This document shows, piece by piece, positions 1 to 10,809 of a DNA stretch of 64,000 bases (its first letter is position 1; the number at the start of each line of letters is the position of its first letter). This DNA is from an uncultured Enterobacteriaceae bacterium. Lineage in GTDB: Bacteria; Pseudomonadota; Gammaproteobacteria; UBA6186; Azoamicaceae. Where the stretch lies: the NCBI GenBank assembly GCA_964355565.1, contig CAYHDJ010000002.1, forward strand, positions 2,316-66,315, written 5' to 3'. Under the pieces are notes generated by a model. The model had not been told where the DNA came from and did no database searches. It saw only the letters and a program-made list of their open reading frames with translations. The translations under genes and the position numbers were made by a program.

Positions 1-332
1 ACTAATTTTGCACAGTCCCCCTGCCTAATCTTATATTTTATAATTCTAGTATATCCACCAGGTCTTTTTATATACCTTTTACCTAATTGTGAAAAAAGTA
101 CATGAGTTATATATTTATCTTTTATTCTACTAAAAACCAATCTCCTATTAGATAAAGAATCTACTTTTGAATAAGTTATTAATGGTTCTATAACACGCCT
201 AACTTCTTTAGCTTTAGCTAATGTAGTCTTTATCATACCATGCTTAACCAATTCCTTGGATAAATTAATAAACAATGCATGCCTATGACTCGGTTTTCTA
301 CCAAAATGTCGACCAATATTTCTATGTCTCAT
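1..332 (-). CDS. rplQ: 50S ribosomal protein L17 (3' end runs off window)
   Basis: Manual translation from ATG at 332: MRHRNIGRHFGRKPSHRHALF...IKTTLAKAKEVRRVIEPLIT; follows rpoA as in the alpha operon. Confidence 0.96.
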   Translation of the reverse strand, partial: MRHRNIGRHFGRKPSHRHALFINLSKELVKHGMIKTTLAKAKEVRRVIEPLITYSKVDSLSNRRLVFSRIKDKYITHVLFSQLGKRYIKRPGGYTRIIKYKIRQGDCAKL

Positions 333-346
333 AATAAAATCCAAAA

Positions 347-1348
347 TTATTTTATATTATTATCATTTTTATAATCTTCTAAAATCGTGATCCAATTAAT
401 ATCTTTACACCCTAACGACAAGCCTCTTTCATGTAAAACATGTTTAATTTCAGCCAATGATTTTTTACCAAGATTAGGAGTTTTTAATAATTCAGATTCA
501 CTTCTTTGAATCAACTCTCCTATATAGTAAATGTTTTCAGCCTTCAAACAATTAGCTGATCTGACAGTTAATTCAAGACTATCAACAGGTTTAAACAAAT
601 CTAAATTAATTTGATCTTTAACAGATGTCTTGATATCAATTTTTTCTTTCTCAATTTTAATAAAAACTGACAATTGATCTGATAAAATTTTAGATGCTAA
701 ATGCAAAGCATCAACAGCGCTGATTGTGCCATTAGTATTAATATTTAATACCAACCTATCTAAATCACTTCTATCTTTAATTCTAATATTTTCCACATCA
801 TAACTAAAATTATTAATTGGACTAAAAAATGAATCAAGCTTTAACCATCCAGATAAATTATTCTTTTCAAAATCTAAAACTTCATAAGACGAAACACATC
901 CCCTACCCTTAGCAACTCGTATATCAATTCCAAGATCACCGGACTCATCAACGCTGGTTATAACATAACCGGGGTTAATTATTTCAACCCCATCCGGCAA
1001 AACAAAATCTGACGCATAAACATTACATGGACCCTTTTTATTTAAGCTTAATTCAACATAATTTTTATCTAACAATTTAAAACAAATTCCACCAAGCTTA
1101 AGCAAAATATCCATAACATCATCATACACACCATCTTTTGCGATGAATTCATGCAAAACACCAGATATTCTAGCCTCTATAACAGTGCACCCAGGCATAG
1201 AAGATAACATAACCCTACGTAAAGCAGTACCAATAGTATGCCCAAAACCACGCTCTAATGGTTCTATAACAACAACTATATTATTAATATCTAAATCTCT
1301 AATTTCTATTATACGTGGTTTCAAAAAATCATTTAAAAAATCTGTCAT
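347..1348 (-). CDS. rpoA: RNA polymerase alpha subunit
   Basis: [17 protein letters not shown] and [12 protein letters not shown] motifs; start moved to [11 protein letters not shown] (1348). Confidence 0.98.
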   Translation of the reverse strand: MTDFLNDFLKPRIIEIRDLDINNIVVVIEPLERGFGHTIGTALRRVMLSSMPGCTVIEARISGVLHEFIAKDGVYDDVMDILLKLGGICFKLLDKNYVELSLNKKGPCNVYASDFVLPDGVEIINPGYVITSVDESGDLGIDIRVAKGRGCVSSYEVLDFEKNNLSGWLKLDSFFSPINNFSYDVENIRIKDRSDLDRLVLNINTNGTISAVDALHLASKILSDQLSVFIKIEKEKIDIKTSVKDQINLDLFKPVDSLELTVRSANCLKAENIYYIGELIQRSESELLKTPNLGKKSLAEIKHVLHERGLSLGCKDINWITILEDYKNDNNIK

Positions 1349-1370
1349 ACTTAAAATTCCGCTTATAAAT

Positions 1371-2009
1371 CTATTTAGAATAAAATTCAACAACTAATTG
1401 CTCATTTAAATCAACAGATAATTCATTTCTCTCAGGACATCTTAAAAACACAGATGACATAGCTTTAACATCAACATCAACCCATCCAACAAAGCCATAC
1501 TTCTCAGCACATTTCAAAGCATACTGAATCCTAACTTGATCTTTACTACTATCTCTAACGCGTACAATATCTCCAGATTTAACCAAATAAGAAGGAAAAA
1601 CAATAACTCTCTCCATACCATTTCTAATAACAATAATAGATTTGTGTGAAACTAATTGCCTTGCCTCTGCTCGAGTAACAGCAAATCCTGATCTATAAAC
1701 AACATTGTCTAATCTAGATTCAAGCATTTTCAACAAAAAATCACCACTAGCCCCTTTTTTACCAGACACTCTTAAGAAAAAATGTCTAAATTGTTTTTCT
1801 AAAATACCATATGTATATTTTATAGTCTGTTTAGCAGTTAGCTGTAACGCATGACTCCCGTTGGTTTTCTTTCTTTTATTTCCATGTTGCCCTGGAAAAA
1901 CTTTTAAATTACACTTGCTAGATATATCTCTCCCACCCAAACTTTTTAATCCTAAATCAAGACCAATTCTTCTAGACATTTTGCATGCAGATTTCAAATA
2001 GCGCGCCAT
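1371..2009 (-). CDS. rpsD: 30S ribosomal protein S4
   Basis: [25 protein letters not shown]. Confidence 0.98.
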   Translation of the reverse strand: MARYLKSACKMSRRIGLDLGLKSLGGRDISSKCNLKVFPGQHGNKRKKTNGSHALQLTAKQTIKYTYGILEKQFRHFFLRVSGKKGASGDFLLKMLESRLDNVVYRSGFAVTRAEARQLVSHKSIIVIRNGMERVIVFPSYLVKSGDIVRVRDSSKDQVRIQYALKCAEKYGFVGWVDVDVKAMSSVFLRCPERNELSVDLNEQLVVEFYSK

Positions 2010-2021
2010 AATAAACTCCTT

Positions 2022-2414
2022 TTAAACTCTACGTTCTTTAGCTGGTCTGCATCCATTATGAGGAATGCTGGTTACATCAGCTATATAAGTCACTTTGAAA
2101 AAACTAGCAAGGCCACGTATTGCAGCTTCTCTACCAGGACCAGGACCACTAATATAAACTTCTACAGACGATATTCCATGTGCGTCCTTAGCTATTTTTG
2201 CCACAGCTTTAGAAGCCATTTGCGCTGCATACGGTGTACTCTTCTTTGACCCTTTAAATCCCTCACTGCCAGCAGTTTTCCATAATAAAACATCACCACC
2301 AACATCAGCAATATAAATCAACGTATTGTTATACGACGCTCTAATATAAACCTTTGCAGAAGTAATCTGCTTTTTGCTCTTTTTAACTATTTTGCTTTTT
2401 ATTTTTCTAATCAT
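2022..2414 (-). CDS. rpsK: 30S ribosomal protein S11
   Basis: GFKGSKKSTPYAAQ, GPGPGRE, PHNGCRP. Confidence 0.98.
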   Translation of the reverse strand: MIRKIKSKIVKKSKKQITSAKVYIRASYNNTLIYIADVGGDVLLWKTAGSEGFKGSKKSTPYAAQMASKAVAKIAKDAHGISSVEVYISGPGPGREAAIRGLASFFKVTYIADVTSIPHNGCRPAKERRV

Positions 2415-2429
2415 TTAACACCTTTAAAA

Positions 2430-2780
2430 CTAAATTTTCTTTCTCAAACGCTTTCTAGTTCTAGCATTAGTTCTAGTTCTTTGCCCCCTAACTGGCAATC
2501 CAATTTTATGCCTAACACCTCTATAACATTTTATATCTTTTAATCTCTTAATATTGAAACGAATTCTAGTTCTTAAATTACCTTCTACATCAAACTCAGA
2601 AACTATTTTTTGAATAAAAGTAATTACTTCATCTGTCAATTGATTAACTTTTAAAAAAGGAGAAACTCCAGCCTTTTTACAAATATAAAAAGCACTAACC
2701 TTTCCTATACCATAAATCTTCCTCAAAGCTATTACCACATGCTTATTAGAATCTAATATAACACCAGCCACTCTTACCAT
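2430..2780 (-). CDS. rpsM: 30S ribosomal protein S13
   Basis: IYGIG, GLPVRGQRTRTNARTRK. Confidence 0.98.
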   Translation of the reverse strand: MVRVAGVILDSNKHVVIALRKIYGIGKVSAFYICKKAGVSPFLKVNQLTDEVITFIQKIVSEFDVEGNLRTRIRFNIKRLKDIKCYRGVRHKIGLPVRGQRTRTNARTRKRLRKKI

Positions 2781-2790
2781 AAATGCTCCT

Positions 2791-2904
2791 TTATCCTTGT
2801 CGTTGTTTATGTTTTGGGTTAATACAAATTACTCTTAAAACCCTATTTCTTCTAACAAGAATGCAATGTCTACAAATTTTCTTTATAGAAACTCTAACTT
2901 TCAT
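2791..2904 (-). CDS. rpmJ: 50S ribosomal protein L36 (37 aa; not in ORF track)
   Basis: Manual translation [37 protein letters not shown]; lies between secY and rpsM. Confidence 0.97.
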   Translation of the reverse strand: MKVRVSIKKICRHCILVRRNRVLRVICINPKHKQRQG

Positions 2905-2932
2905 TTTAACTCACCTATAAAATCATTAAACT

Positions 2933-4234
2933 TTAAAAACCATTAATCTTATATTTCTTTATTAAACCATCATATTTGTAAGATATCATTTTTGATTGAA
3001 CCTGCGAAATAAAATCCATTATAACCACAATCACAATTAATAACGAAGTCCCACCAAAATAAAATGGCACATTTAAAAATGCAACTAAAAGCTCTGGTAA
3101 CAACGACACAAACGTCAAATACAAAGCCCCAAGAAAAGTTAAACGTTTAACAACCTTATCTATATACAAAGCAGTATTATTTCCAGGTCGAATACCAGAT
3201 ATAAAACCACCAGACTTCTTTAAATTTTCAGCAGTCTCACTAGATGTAAAAACCAATGACGTGTAAAAAAAACAAAAAAACATAATAAGTGCAGAAAATA
3301 AAAATAAGTATGGAATTTTCCCTGGAGTAATTAAATATCTTATATAATTTAAAAAAAAATTACTAGACTTAGGATCAACCCATTGTATTAAAGTAATAGG
3401 AAATAAAATAACGCTAGACGCAAAGATAGGGGGTATCACACCTGCCATATTAATCTTAAATGGTAAATATGTTGTCTGAGCAGCAAAAACTTTTCTGCCA
3501 TGCTGTCGCTTTGGATAATTAACAAGCAACTTCTTTTGTGCCCGCTCAACAAAAATTATCAAAAAAACAACAAACAACAATATACATAAAAAACAAATAA
3601 CAGAAAAAATATTTAATTCACCTTGTCTAACTTTTTCAAGTATCGAAACACTAGTTCTTGGGAGATTTGATACAATGCTGGTAAATATAATTAGCGATAT
3701 ACCATTTCCTATCCCATTCTCATTTATTAATTCACCTAACCACATTAAAAAAATAGTACCAGAAATTAAACTTATAACAACAACTAAATAATGCAAAAAA
3801 TAAAAATTCCCACTAAAACCAATATTTAACATTAAATTACTCATAGCAATAGCTTGCAAAGCTGATAAAACAACTGTCAAAAACCTAGTATACTCAGCTA
3901 AGCGTTTTTTACCAAAATCTCCTTCTTTTTTTATCCGCATCATTGGTTCCCATATAGTAGACAACAACTGAATTATGATGGAAGCGGAAATATATGGCAT
4001 TATTCCCAAGGAAAAAATAGTTATTTTAGACAAAGCCCCACCAGAGAACAAATTAAATAAACTAAACATACTAGCACTATCATCAGAAAAAGAGCTAAAA
4101 ATCTGTTTTGCATCTAACAACGGAATTGGTATATGAGCCCCAACTCTGTATATAATTAAAATAAATAATACAAACAACAATCTATTTTTTAAATCGGCCA
4201 TATTACTTTTTTCAAATGGTTTTGTATTTATCAT
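2933..4234 (-). CDS. secY: Preprotein translocase subunit SecY
   Basis: LFNLFSGGAL, LGIMPYISASII, GIGNGISLIIF, AGVIPPIFAS, FGGTSLLI; start moved to ATG at 4234. Confidence 0.98.
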   Translation of the reverse strand: MINTKPFEKSNMADLKNRLLFVLFILIIYRVGAHIPIPLLDAKQIFSSFSDDSASMFSLFNLFSGGALSKITIFSLGIMPYISASIIIQLLSTIWEPMMRIKKEGDFGKKRLAEYTRFLTVVLSALQAIAMSNLMLNIGFSGNFYFLHYLVVVISLISGTIFLMWLGELINENGIGNGISLIIFTSIVSNLPRTSVSILEKVRQGELNIFSVICFLCILLFVVFLIIFVERAQKKLLVNYPKRQHGRKVFAAQTTYLPFKINMAGVIPPIFASSVILFPITLIQWVDPKSSNFFLNYIRYLITPGKIPYLFLFSALIMFFCFFYTSLVFTSSETAENLKKSGGFISGIRPGNNTALYIDKVVKRLTFLGALYLTFVSLLPELLVAFLNVPFYFGGTSLLIVIVVIMDFISQVQSKMISYKYDGLIKKYKINGF

Positions 4235-4337
4235 AATAAAAAAATTAAAAAAAATATATTCTATATTATACAGAAAGAATAAAAATAAAAAAACAAGCAA
4301 ATGCCAAAAAGTGATAAAATTTTATAAATAAAAAATA

Positions 4338-4366
4338 TTGTAGTAAATATCTTTTATTAGTATAAT
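4338..4366 (+). promoter_or_regulatory. Probable sigma70 promoter of the ATP/ADP translocase gene
   Basis: TTGTAG (4338-4343), 17 bp spacer, TATAAT (4361-4366); GGAG RBS before ATG 4402. The AT-rich background lowers specificity. Confidence 0.6.
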
Positions 4367-4401
4367 ACAATTTTCTATGATTAAAAAATGGAGTAGTAGA
4401 C

Positions 4402-5955
4402 ATGTCAGATGTTAAACCAGAATTCGGCCGTTGGAGAACACTGTTATGGCCAATTCATAACCATGAACTAAAAAAATTCTTGCCTCTAGGATTTATAATG
4501 TTCGGAATATTATTTAATTATACATTACTTAGAGATACAAAGGATACATTAGTAGTAAATGCAGCAGGCGCAGGGTTAATACCATTTTTAAAATTTTATT
4601 GTGTAACACCGGCAGCAGTTATATTTGTAATTTTATATGCTAAATTATGCAATTTGTTCAATAAAGAAACAATTTTTTATATTGTGGTAGCACCATTTTT
4701 AGTATTTTTTGCATTTTTTGCTTTTGTGCTATATCCAAATTTTGATGCATTGCATCCATCAACAACACTTATAAATGATTTAAACAGTAAATACCCAGCA
4801 TTTAGCGGATTTATAAACATATACGCTTATTGGTCATATTCCGCATTTTATGTCTTAGCAGAAATTTGGGGTAGCGCAATGGTAGCTCTAATGTTTTGGC
4901 AATTCGCAAATGAAATAGTAAAAATAAGCGAATCAAGAAGATTTTATGGACTTTTCGTAGTTATAGGCAATATATCATTAATATTATCCGGACAGGTAGT
5001 AAGATATTGTTCAACAGGCATAAAATCATTTGTAACAGATGATCCTTGGAAATGGTCGTTATACTTATTAATGGGTACAGTAGTAATAATGGGTTGCTTA
5101 TCCATGTATTTATATAGATGGATGCACTTAGTAGTCTTAACAGATCCTCGTTATTATGACGGCTTGAAAAAAAATGAAACAGCAAAAAAGAAAAAAAGCA
5201 AACCTGGTTTATCAGAAAGTTTTAAAATAATAATAAAATCAAAAGAGTTAGGGCTAATAGCTACATTAATTATGGCATATGGCATAACAATTAATTTAGT
5301 AGAAGTTCAATGGAAAGAACAACTTAAATTTTATTACGCTGGAGATAAAGGCGGATACAACGCATTCATGGGGAATTATTCAACTTGGTCAGGAATAATA
5401 ACAATATTATTCAGTTTATTCATTGGCTCTAATATTCTAAGATTATTAAGCTGGTTCAAAGCAGCAGTAATAACTCCATTTGTTATAATAGTCGGTGGAA
5501 CATTTTTCTTCTGTTTTATTTTAGCTAACGACATAAATTTAATAAAAAACTTCACGTATAATATATTATCATCTTTAGGTACAACCCCAGTTACAGCGGC
5601 AACTTTTTTAGGAGCAGCTATAGTAATAATATCTAAAGTAGTAAAATATTCATTATTTGACCCAACAAAAGAAATGGCGTATATCCCACTAGATGATGAA
5701 TTAAAAACAAAAGGTAAAGCAGCGGTTGACGTAATAGGTGGTAGAGCAGGAAAGGCAGGCGGAGCTTTTGTGCAAAGCACATTATTAGCATTTATGGCAA
5801 CAACAAATGTATTATCAATAGCTCACATAGCATTTGGAGTGTTTTTTATAGCAGGAATATTATGGATTATATCAGTAAAATTCTTAAGTGTAAAAGTAAA
5901 AGAGAATACAGACCGCCGAGTTGCAGAAATGAAGGCAGCTGAACCAGCTAAATAA
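4402..5955 (+). CDS. tlcA: NTT/Tlc family nucleotide transporter (ATP/ADP translocase)
   Basis: ELKKFLPL, FNYTLLRDTKDTLVV, YVLAEIWG, FWQFANEI, NLVEVQWK, KYSLFDPTKEMAYIPLD, KGKAAVDVIGGRAGKAGGA are TLC-family signatures; about 12 hydrophobic segments. Confidence 0.96.
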   Translation: MSDVKPEFGRWRTLLWPIHNHELKKFLPLGFIMFGILFNYTLLRDTKDTLVVNAAGAGLIPFLKFYCVTPAAVIFVILYAKLCNLFNKETIFYIVVAPFLVFFAFFAFVLYPNFDALHPSTTLINDLNSKYPAFSGFINIYAYWSYSAFYVLAEIWGSAMVALMFWQFANEIVKISESRRFYGLFVVIGNISLILSGQVVRYCSTGIKSFVTDDPWKWSLYLLMGTVVIMGCLSMYLYRWMHLVVLTDPRYYDGLKKNETAKKKKSKPGLSESFKIIIKSKELGLIATLIMAYGITINLVEVQWKEQLKFYYAGDKGGYNAFMGNYSTWSGIITILFSLFIGSNILRLLSWFKAAVITPFVIIVGGTFFFCFILANDINLIKNFTYNILSSLGTTPVTAATFLGAAIVIISKVVKYSLFDPTKEMAYIPLDDELKTKGKAAVDVIGGRAGKAGGAFVQSTLLAFMATTNVLSIAHIAFGVFFIAGILWIISVKFLSVKVKENTDRRVAEMKAAEPAK

Positions 5956-5961
5956 TAAAAT

Positions 5962-5983
5962 AATAGGGTGTAAAAACCCTATT
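5962..5983. terminator. Hairpin between convergent translocase gene and tatC (probable intrinsic terminator)
   Basis: AATAGGGT-GTAAAA-ACCCTATT inverted repeat; a U-rich tract follows on the minus strand. Confidence 0.55.
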
Positions 5984-6659
5984 TAGAAAAAAACAACCCA
6001 ATTTCAAAAAGAACACAAATAGGAATGGCAAGTAGAATCTGTGACAATACATCTGGTGGCGTTAATAACATCCCTATAATAAATGCAACTATAATTACAT
6101 ACGACCTTTTATTAGCAAGATCCTTTTTAGAAATCAAATCTATACTAGTTACAAAAAAAATAATTAATGGTATTTGAAAACTAACACCGCAAGCTAACAT
6201 AATAGCAAACATAAATTCCATATAATTATTAATCGCTATCATAACAGTGACATTAGATGGAGCACATGTCATAAAAAAATTTAGAGCTAATGGACAAATT
6301 ATATAAAAAGCAAAAGAAATACCAAAAAAAAACAACAAAATACTAAAAAACAAAACCGGTCTGACGGCTTTTTTTTCATTAAAATAAAGTCCGGGAGAAA
6401 TAAAACTCCAAATATTAAACATTATATATGGCAAAATGATAATTAAAGCCAAACTAAATGACAATTTCAGAGGTACCAAAAAAGTAGAAGTTATACTAGT
6501 TGCTATTATGTTACTACCTATTGGCAACTGCGCTTTTATTGGCAAAGAAAAAAGATCATAAATGATATCAGAATAATAAAATAAAACAAAAAATACACTC
6601 AATAAAAAAAACACAACGTATATTAATCTTCTTCTCAATTCAAAAAAATGTATATTCAT
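5979..6659 (-). CDS. tatC: Twin-arginine translocase subunit TatC
   Basis: HFFELRRRL, WSFISPGLY..EKK, GVSFQIP, LTPPDVLSQILLAIP..LFEIG. Confidence 0.96.
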   Translation of the reverse strand: MNIHFFELRRRLIYVVFFLLSVFFVLFYYSDIIYDLFSLPIKAQLPIGSNIIATSITSTFLVPLKLSFSLALIIILPYIMFNIWSFISPGLYFNEKKAVRPVLFFSILLFFFGISFAFYIICPLALNFFMTCAPSNVTVMIAINNYMEFMFAIMLACGVSFQIPLIIFFVTSIDLISKKDLANKRSYVIIVAFIIGMLLTPPDVLSQILLAIPICVLFEIGLFFSK

Positions 6660-6732
6660 ATATAAAATATAATAATTAATATAAAATAAATTTTAATAAA
6701 ATAAATTTATTTATGCAAAAAATATAAATACC

Positions 6733-8061
6733 ATGATAAAAATATACAATACATTAACAAAAAAAAAAGAACATATAAATAAAAAAAATATTATAACAAT
6801 ATATACATGCGGAATAACAGTATATGATTATTGTCACATAGGGCATGCAAGAATATTTTTATTATTTGACTCATTAATAAGATATTTAAATTCATTGAAC
6901 ACAAAAATCATTTTTATAAGAAATATAACCGATATAGATGATAAAATAATAAAAAGAGCACATAAAAAGCATACAACCACAGAAAAATTAACACGATTTT
7001 TTACAAAAAAAATGCATAATGACACTAAACACCTAAATATAATCGAACCAACATATGAGCCAAAAGCCACGACATTCATACCTGAAATGGTGAAATTAAT
7101 AACTGATCTTAAAAAAAAAAAATATGCATACAAAAATAAAAAATCAGATATATACTTTAATATCAACAACTTCAATAAATATGGGCAGTTATCAAACCAG
7201 CATATTAAAAACTTAAAAGAATCATATAACAAATTAAAAAATAGACAAAATAACGATTTTGTGTTATGGAAAAAAAAGAAAAAAACAGAATCAATACATT
7301 GGCCAACCGATCTAGGTAATGGCAGGCCTGGTTGGCATACAGAATGTGCAGCAATGATTATGTACTACTCAAAAGAAAACATAGACATACATGGTGGTGG
7401 ACAAGATTTATTATTTCCGCATCACGAAAATGAATTGGCACAATGTGAAGCAATTTTAAACAAAAACCATATAAAAATATGGATGCATATAGGACAAATA
7501 AAAATTAATAAAAAAAAAATGTCAAAAAACACAGGCAATTTTATTTTAATAAAAGATTTTTTAAAAAATTTCAATGAAGAATATTTAAGATTTTTAATAT
7601 TATCTACTAACTACAAAAAGAGTATACACTACGAACAAAACACATTTAATAAAATTAAAAAAACATTAGACAAATTATATAGTATAAAAACCGAATTAAA
7701 AGAAAAAAAACATCAAATTAATGGCAATGTAACAACATTATTTCATGCCGCATTAAAAGACAACTTCAATACACAAAAAGCTATTTCAATTTTATTCAAA
7801 TCAATTAATAATGACAGAAAAAATAACTCAACAAAATATACAGTTATAGAATTATTTAAGACATTAGGTTTATTAAAACACACGACATTAAAAAAACCTA
7901 CCACAATATTCACAGACAATATAACTAATTTAATAACGATGCGCAATTTAGCAAGAAAAGAAAAAAACTGGATTATAGCAGATAAAATTAGAAAAAAATT
8001 GAATGATATGAATATAAAAATAAGCGACGAGAAAAGCACAATAACTTCTGACATCATATGA
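6733..8061 (+). CDS. cysS: Cysteinyl-tRNA synthetase
   Basis: CGITVYDYCHIGHAR, GRPGWHTEC, DIHGGGQDLLFPHHENE, KMSK. Confidence 0.97.
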   Translation: MIKIYNTLTKKKEHINKKNIITIYTCGITVYDYCHIGHARIFLLFDSLIRYLNSLNTKIIFIRNITDIDDKIIKRAHKKHTTTEKLTRFFTKKMHNDTKHLNIIEPTYEPKATTFIPEMVKLITDLKKKKYAYKNKKSDIYFNINNFNKYGQLSNQHIKNLKESYNKLKNRQNNDFVLWKKKKKTESIHWPTDLGNGRPGWHTECAAMIMYYSKENIDIHGGGQDLLFPHHENELAQCEAILNKNHIKIWMHIGQIKINKKKMSKNTGNFILIKDFLKNFNEEYLRFLILSTNYKKSIHYEQNTFNKIKKTLDKLYSIKTELKEKKHQINGNVTTLFHAALKDNFNTQKAISILFKSINNDRKNNSTKYTVIELFKTLGLLKHTTLKKPTTIFTDNITNLITMRNLARKEKNWIIADKIRKKLNDMNIKISDEKSTITSDII

Positions 8062-9289
8062 AAAAATTAAATCTATTATAAAAATACCTACTCTTATTAA
8101 AAAAATATATTAACTTTGCATTATAAAAATAATTAGTACTATTTAAGTAAAAAATATCAAAAGCTAATAACTTTGCACAATTTATATTATCTAATAAATC
8201 TAAAAAAAAATACTTATAATAAAAATTATAAATTTTATCATGATTACAAGAATCAATATCATTAATAAAAATATAATTAATTACCCGCACTTTATCTTTA
8301 AAAGCATTAACCTTAAAAAACAATAAGCATACGTAATAATTACCAATAAACATTAAATTAACAAAAAAAAATTTAAATATTTGAATATTACTTAAAAATG
8401 ATTTATGCTTCTTTGATAGATTGAAAATATCAGAATAACTATTAACAAACAAAAAATTTTTTCTATTATAAAAAAAAATTTTATTTATTTTTCTATAACT
8501 CAATATATTAAAAGTAAGTCTATAAAAAAATATAGAAAACTTTAAAAATACGTTATTTGTAAAAAAATGCACATTTCTAAATAAATTTTTCAACTGCCAT
8601 ACAAAATCTAAGTAAACATTGAAATTAAATTTCTTAGAAAGACAAAATAATAAATTAAGATCATAAAATAAACTTGTTAAAATTCCATTAGAGTACAACA
8701 AACAAAAAAATAAAAAACACGTTTCATATTTTAATGACGAAAAAATTTCTTTAAAAATTCTCTCAAAAGTTAAATTAAAAACTTCACCATTTAAAACTAT
8801 TATTTTTATAAAAGACAATGTATAATCAGAAATTGAAAAACCAATGCTTGAGTATTTAGCAAAAAACCTACAAATACGAAAAACTCTCAAAGGATCTTCC
8901 AAAAAAGCAAAAGAAACATGAACTATTTTTTTTCTATTTATATCATAAATGCTAAAAAAAAAATCTACCAACATCCCATAACTATTTAAAACCAAAGAAT
9001 TAATTGTTAAATCACGTCTTAATAAATCCTCGCTTAAACTTACGTAAATTGAAAAATCACATTTGAAACCATAATAACCTTTTCCGACTTTTTTCTCTTT
9101 TCTAGCGAGCGCATATTCCTCTTTGCTAATTGGATGCAAAAACACAGGAAAATCTTTACCAACTCTTTTAAACCCATGTTTAAACATAAAATCACTATCA
9201 ACATTAACCACTAGCCAATCAAATTCATCGACACTAAAATATAAAAATTTATCCCTAACCGCCCCGCCAACCAAAAACATACTAAACAT
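8054..9289 (-). CDS. cca: tRNA nucleotidyltransferase (CCA-adding enzyme) with strongly diverged C-terminal half
   Basis: LVGGAVRD, VGKDFPVFLHP, EEYALAR, EDLLRRDLTIN, EDPLRVFR; HD domain not recognisable. Confidence 0.92.
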   Translation of the reverse strand: MFSMFLVGGAVRDKFLYFSVDEFDWLVVNVDSDFMFKHGFKRVGKDFPVFLHPISKEEYALARKEKKVGKGYYGFKCDFSIYVSLSEDLLRRDLTINSLVLNSYGMLVDFFFSIYDINRKKIVHVSFAFLEDPLRVFRICRFFAKYSSIGFSISDYTLSFIKIIVLNGEVFNLTFERIFKEIFSSLKYETCFLFFCLLYSNGILTSLFYDLNLLFCLSKKFNFNVYLDFVWQLKNLFRNVHFFTNNVFLKFSIFFYRLTFNILSYRKINKIFFYNRKNFLFVNSYSDIFNLSKKHKSFLSNIQIFKFFFVNLMFIGNYYVCLLFFKVNAFKDKVRVINYIFINDIDSCNHDKIYNFYYKYFFLDLLDNINCAKLLAFDIFYLNSTNYFYNAKLIYFFNKSRYFYNRFNFFI

Positions 9290-9304
9290 AATAATAAATA
9301 ACAA

Positions 9305-9856
9305 TTAAATTTTTTTTAACAAAAAAAACAATACACACCCAATCATTTTTTTTTTAACCAAAAATAAATCATCACACAAAAAATAATATACAAAAATATT
9401 ATTACTTTCTAAAAAAATAAACAAACATTTTCTTGTAAAAAAAATTCTATGTACCTCAAAAAATAAAAAATTGATATTATTTAAATTATATGGTGGGTCA
9501 AAAATAAACAAAGAAAAATTTAAAATATTAAATTTAACAATCCACAAATGCGAATCAGCATTAATAATAAAAAATTCATCACTAACTGGAATATTTAATC
9601 GTATCATATTGTTTAAGATATTAAAATAATTATGTTGATCAATATCCAAATTTAAAACTTTAATAGACTTAAAAAAGAAAAACTCAAAACCAAAAATACC
9701 AGATCCACAAAAAAAATCTACAACATATAACTTATTAATAGAATGAGACACCCAAGAAATAAAACATTCTCTAACAATTCTTTTTGTAGGTTTTAATTTA
9801 TCACTATAATTAAAAAAAACTTTTATCCCATTTAAAAAAATAACTTTTGATAACAC
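9305..9856 (-). CDS. rsmD: 16S rRNA m2G966 methyltransferase RsmD (diverged)
   Basis: LKPT..IVRE, DFFCGSG, DPPY; divergent from ftsY as in gammaproteobacteria. Confidence 0.85.
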   Translation of the reverse strand: MLSKVIFLNGIKVFFNYSDKLKPTKRIVRECFISWVSHSINKLYVVDFFCGSGIFGFEFFFFKSIKVLNLDIDQHNYFNILNNMIRLNIPVSDEFFIINADSHLWIVKFNILNFSLFIFDPPYNLNNINFLFFEVHRIFFTRKCLFIFLESNNIFVYYFLCDDLFLVKKKMIGCVLFFLLKKI

Positions 9857-9924
9857 TAAAATAAATATTAAAAATATAAGATAATATAAATGTAATAATT
9901 ACAAAAAATTTAAACAATATAAAT

Positions 9925-10809
9925 ATGTTTGTGTTTAACAATATTAGAAAAAAATTTATAGAAAAAATAAATGATTTATTCAAAAACAATAAAATTGATT
10001 ATATAGACTCATTAACAGATACACTCATAGAATCAGACATAGAACTTAATATAATAGAAGAAATAATAAATTCATTAAAAAAAAAAAATATAAGTAATCT
10101 AAACGAGCTTAAAGAAGAACTATATTTAATTTTAAACGAAATTTTAACACATAGAGAAAAAAAAATAAAAGTACAAACTGATTTAACCCCTTTTGTTATG
10201 TTAATAGTTGGTACAAATGGAGTTGGAAAAACAACAACAGTTATTAAATTAGCAAATTTATTAAAAAATGAAAATAAAACAGTAATTGTAGCAGCAGGAG
10301 ATACATACAGAGCCGCTGGAATAGAACAGTTAGAATACTCTTGCAAAAGGCATAATATACAACTAATAAAACAACACAAAAATGCAGATAGTGCATCAGT
10401 TATTTTCGATGCATTTAATCTTGCAAAAAGTAAAAAAATAGATATACTTATAGCTGATACATCAGGCAGATTACATACAAATGAAAAACTGATGATTGAG
10501 CTTAAAAAAATAGATTTATCACTTAAAAAAATAGAAAAAACAGCACCACATGAAACACTAATGGTGATAGATTCAAATTTTGGCAGAAATTCTATTGATC
10601 AATTCAATAATTTTAACAAATATATATCTATAACAGGTATAATTCTAAGCAAAATGGATTGCACAGCAAAAGGTGGTGCAATATTATCATTAGCAAAAAA
10701 GAATGTTCCAATAAAATACGTATGTCATGGTGAAAGCATAAATGATATAAGTGTATTTAATTCACATGTTTTTATAAAAAGCCTGTTAAACATAAAAAAA
10801 ATGGAGTGA
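9925..10809 (+). CDS. ftsY: SRP receptor FtsY (NG domain only)
   Basis: GTNGVGKTTT, DTYRAAG, DTSGRLH, SKMDCTAKGG. Confidence 0.96.
   Translation: MFVFNNIRKKFIEKINDLFKNNKIDYIDSLTDTLIESDIELNIIEEIINSLKKKNISNLNELKEELYLILNEILTHREKKIKVQTDLTPFVMLIVGTNGVGKTTTVIKLANLLKNENKTVIVAAGDTYRAAGIEQLEYSCKRHNIQLIKQHKNADSASVIFDAFNLAKSKKIDILIADTSGRLHTNEKLMIELKKIDLSLKKIEKTAPHETLMVIDSNFGRNSIDQFNNFNKYISITGIILSKMDCTAKGGAILSLAKKNVPIKYVCHGESINDISVFNSHVFIKSLLNIKKME

Noticed and set aside
7111..7122. A12 tract in cysS and other long poly-A/T runs as programmed slippage sites
   Set aside because: The reading frames are intact across them; they are at most a slippage liability, with no evidence of recoding.
8054..9856. 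Phe-rich cca and rsmD (also prmC, miaA, mobA) as novel membrane proteins or pseudogenes
   Set aside because: The frames are open and keep catalytic motifs; the Phe richness follows the T-rich minus-strand mutational bias.
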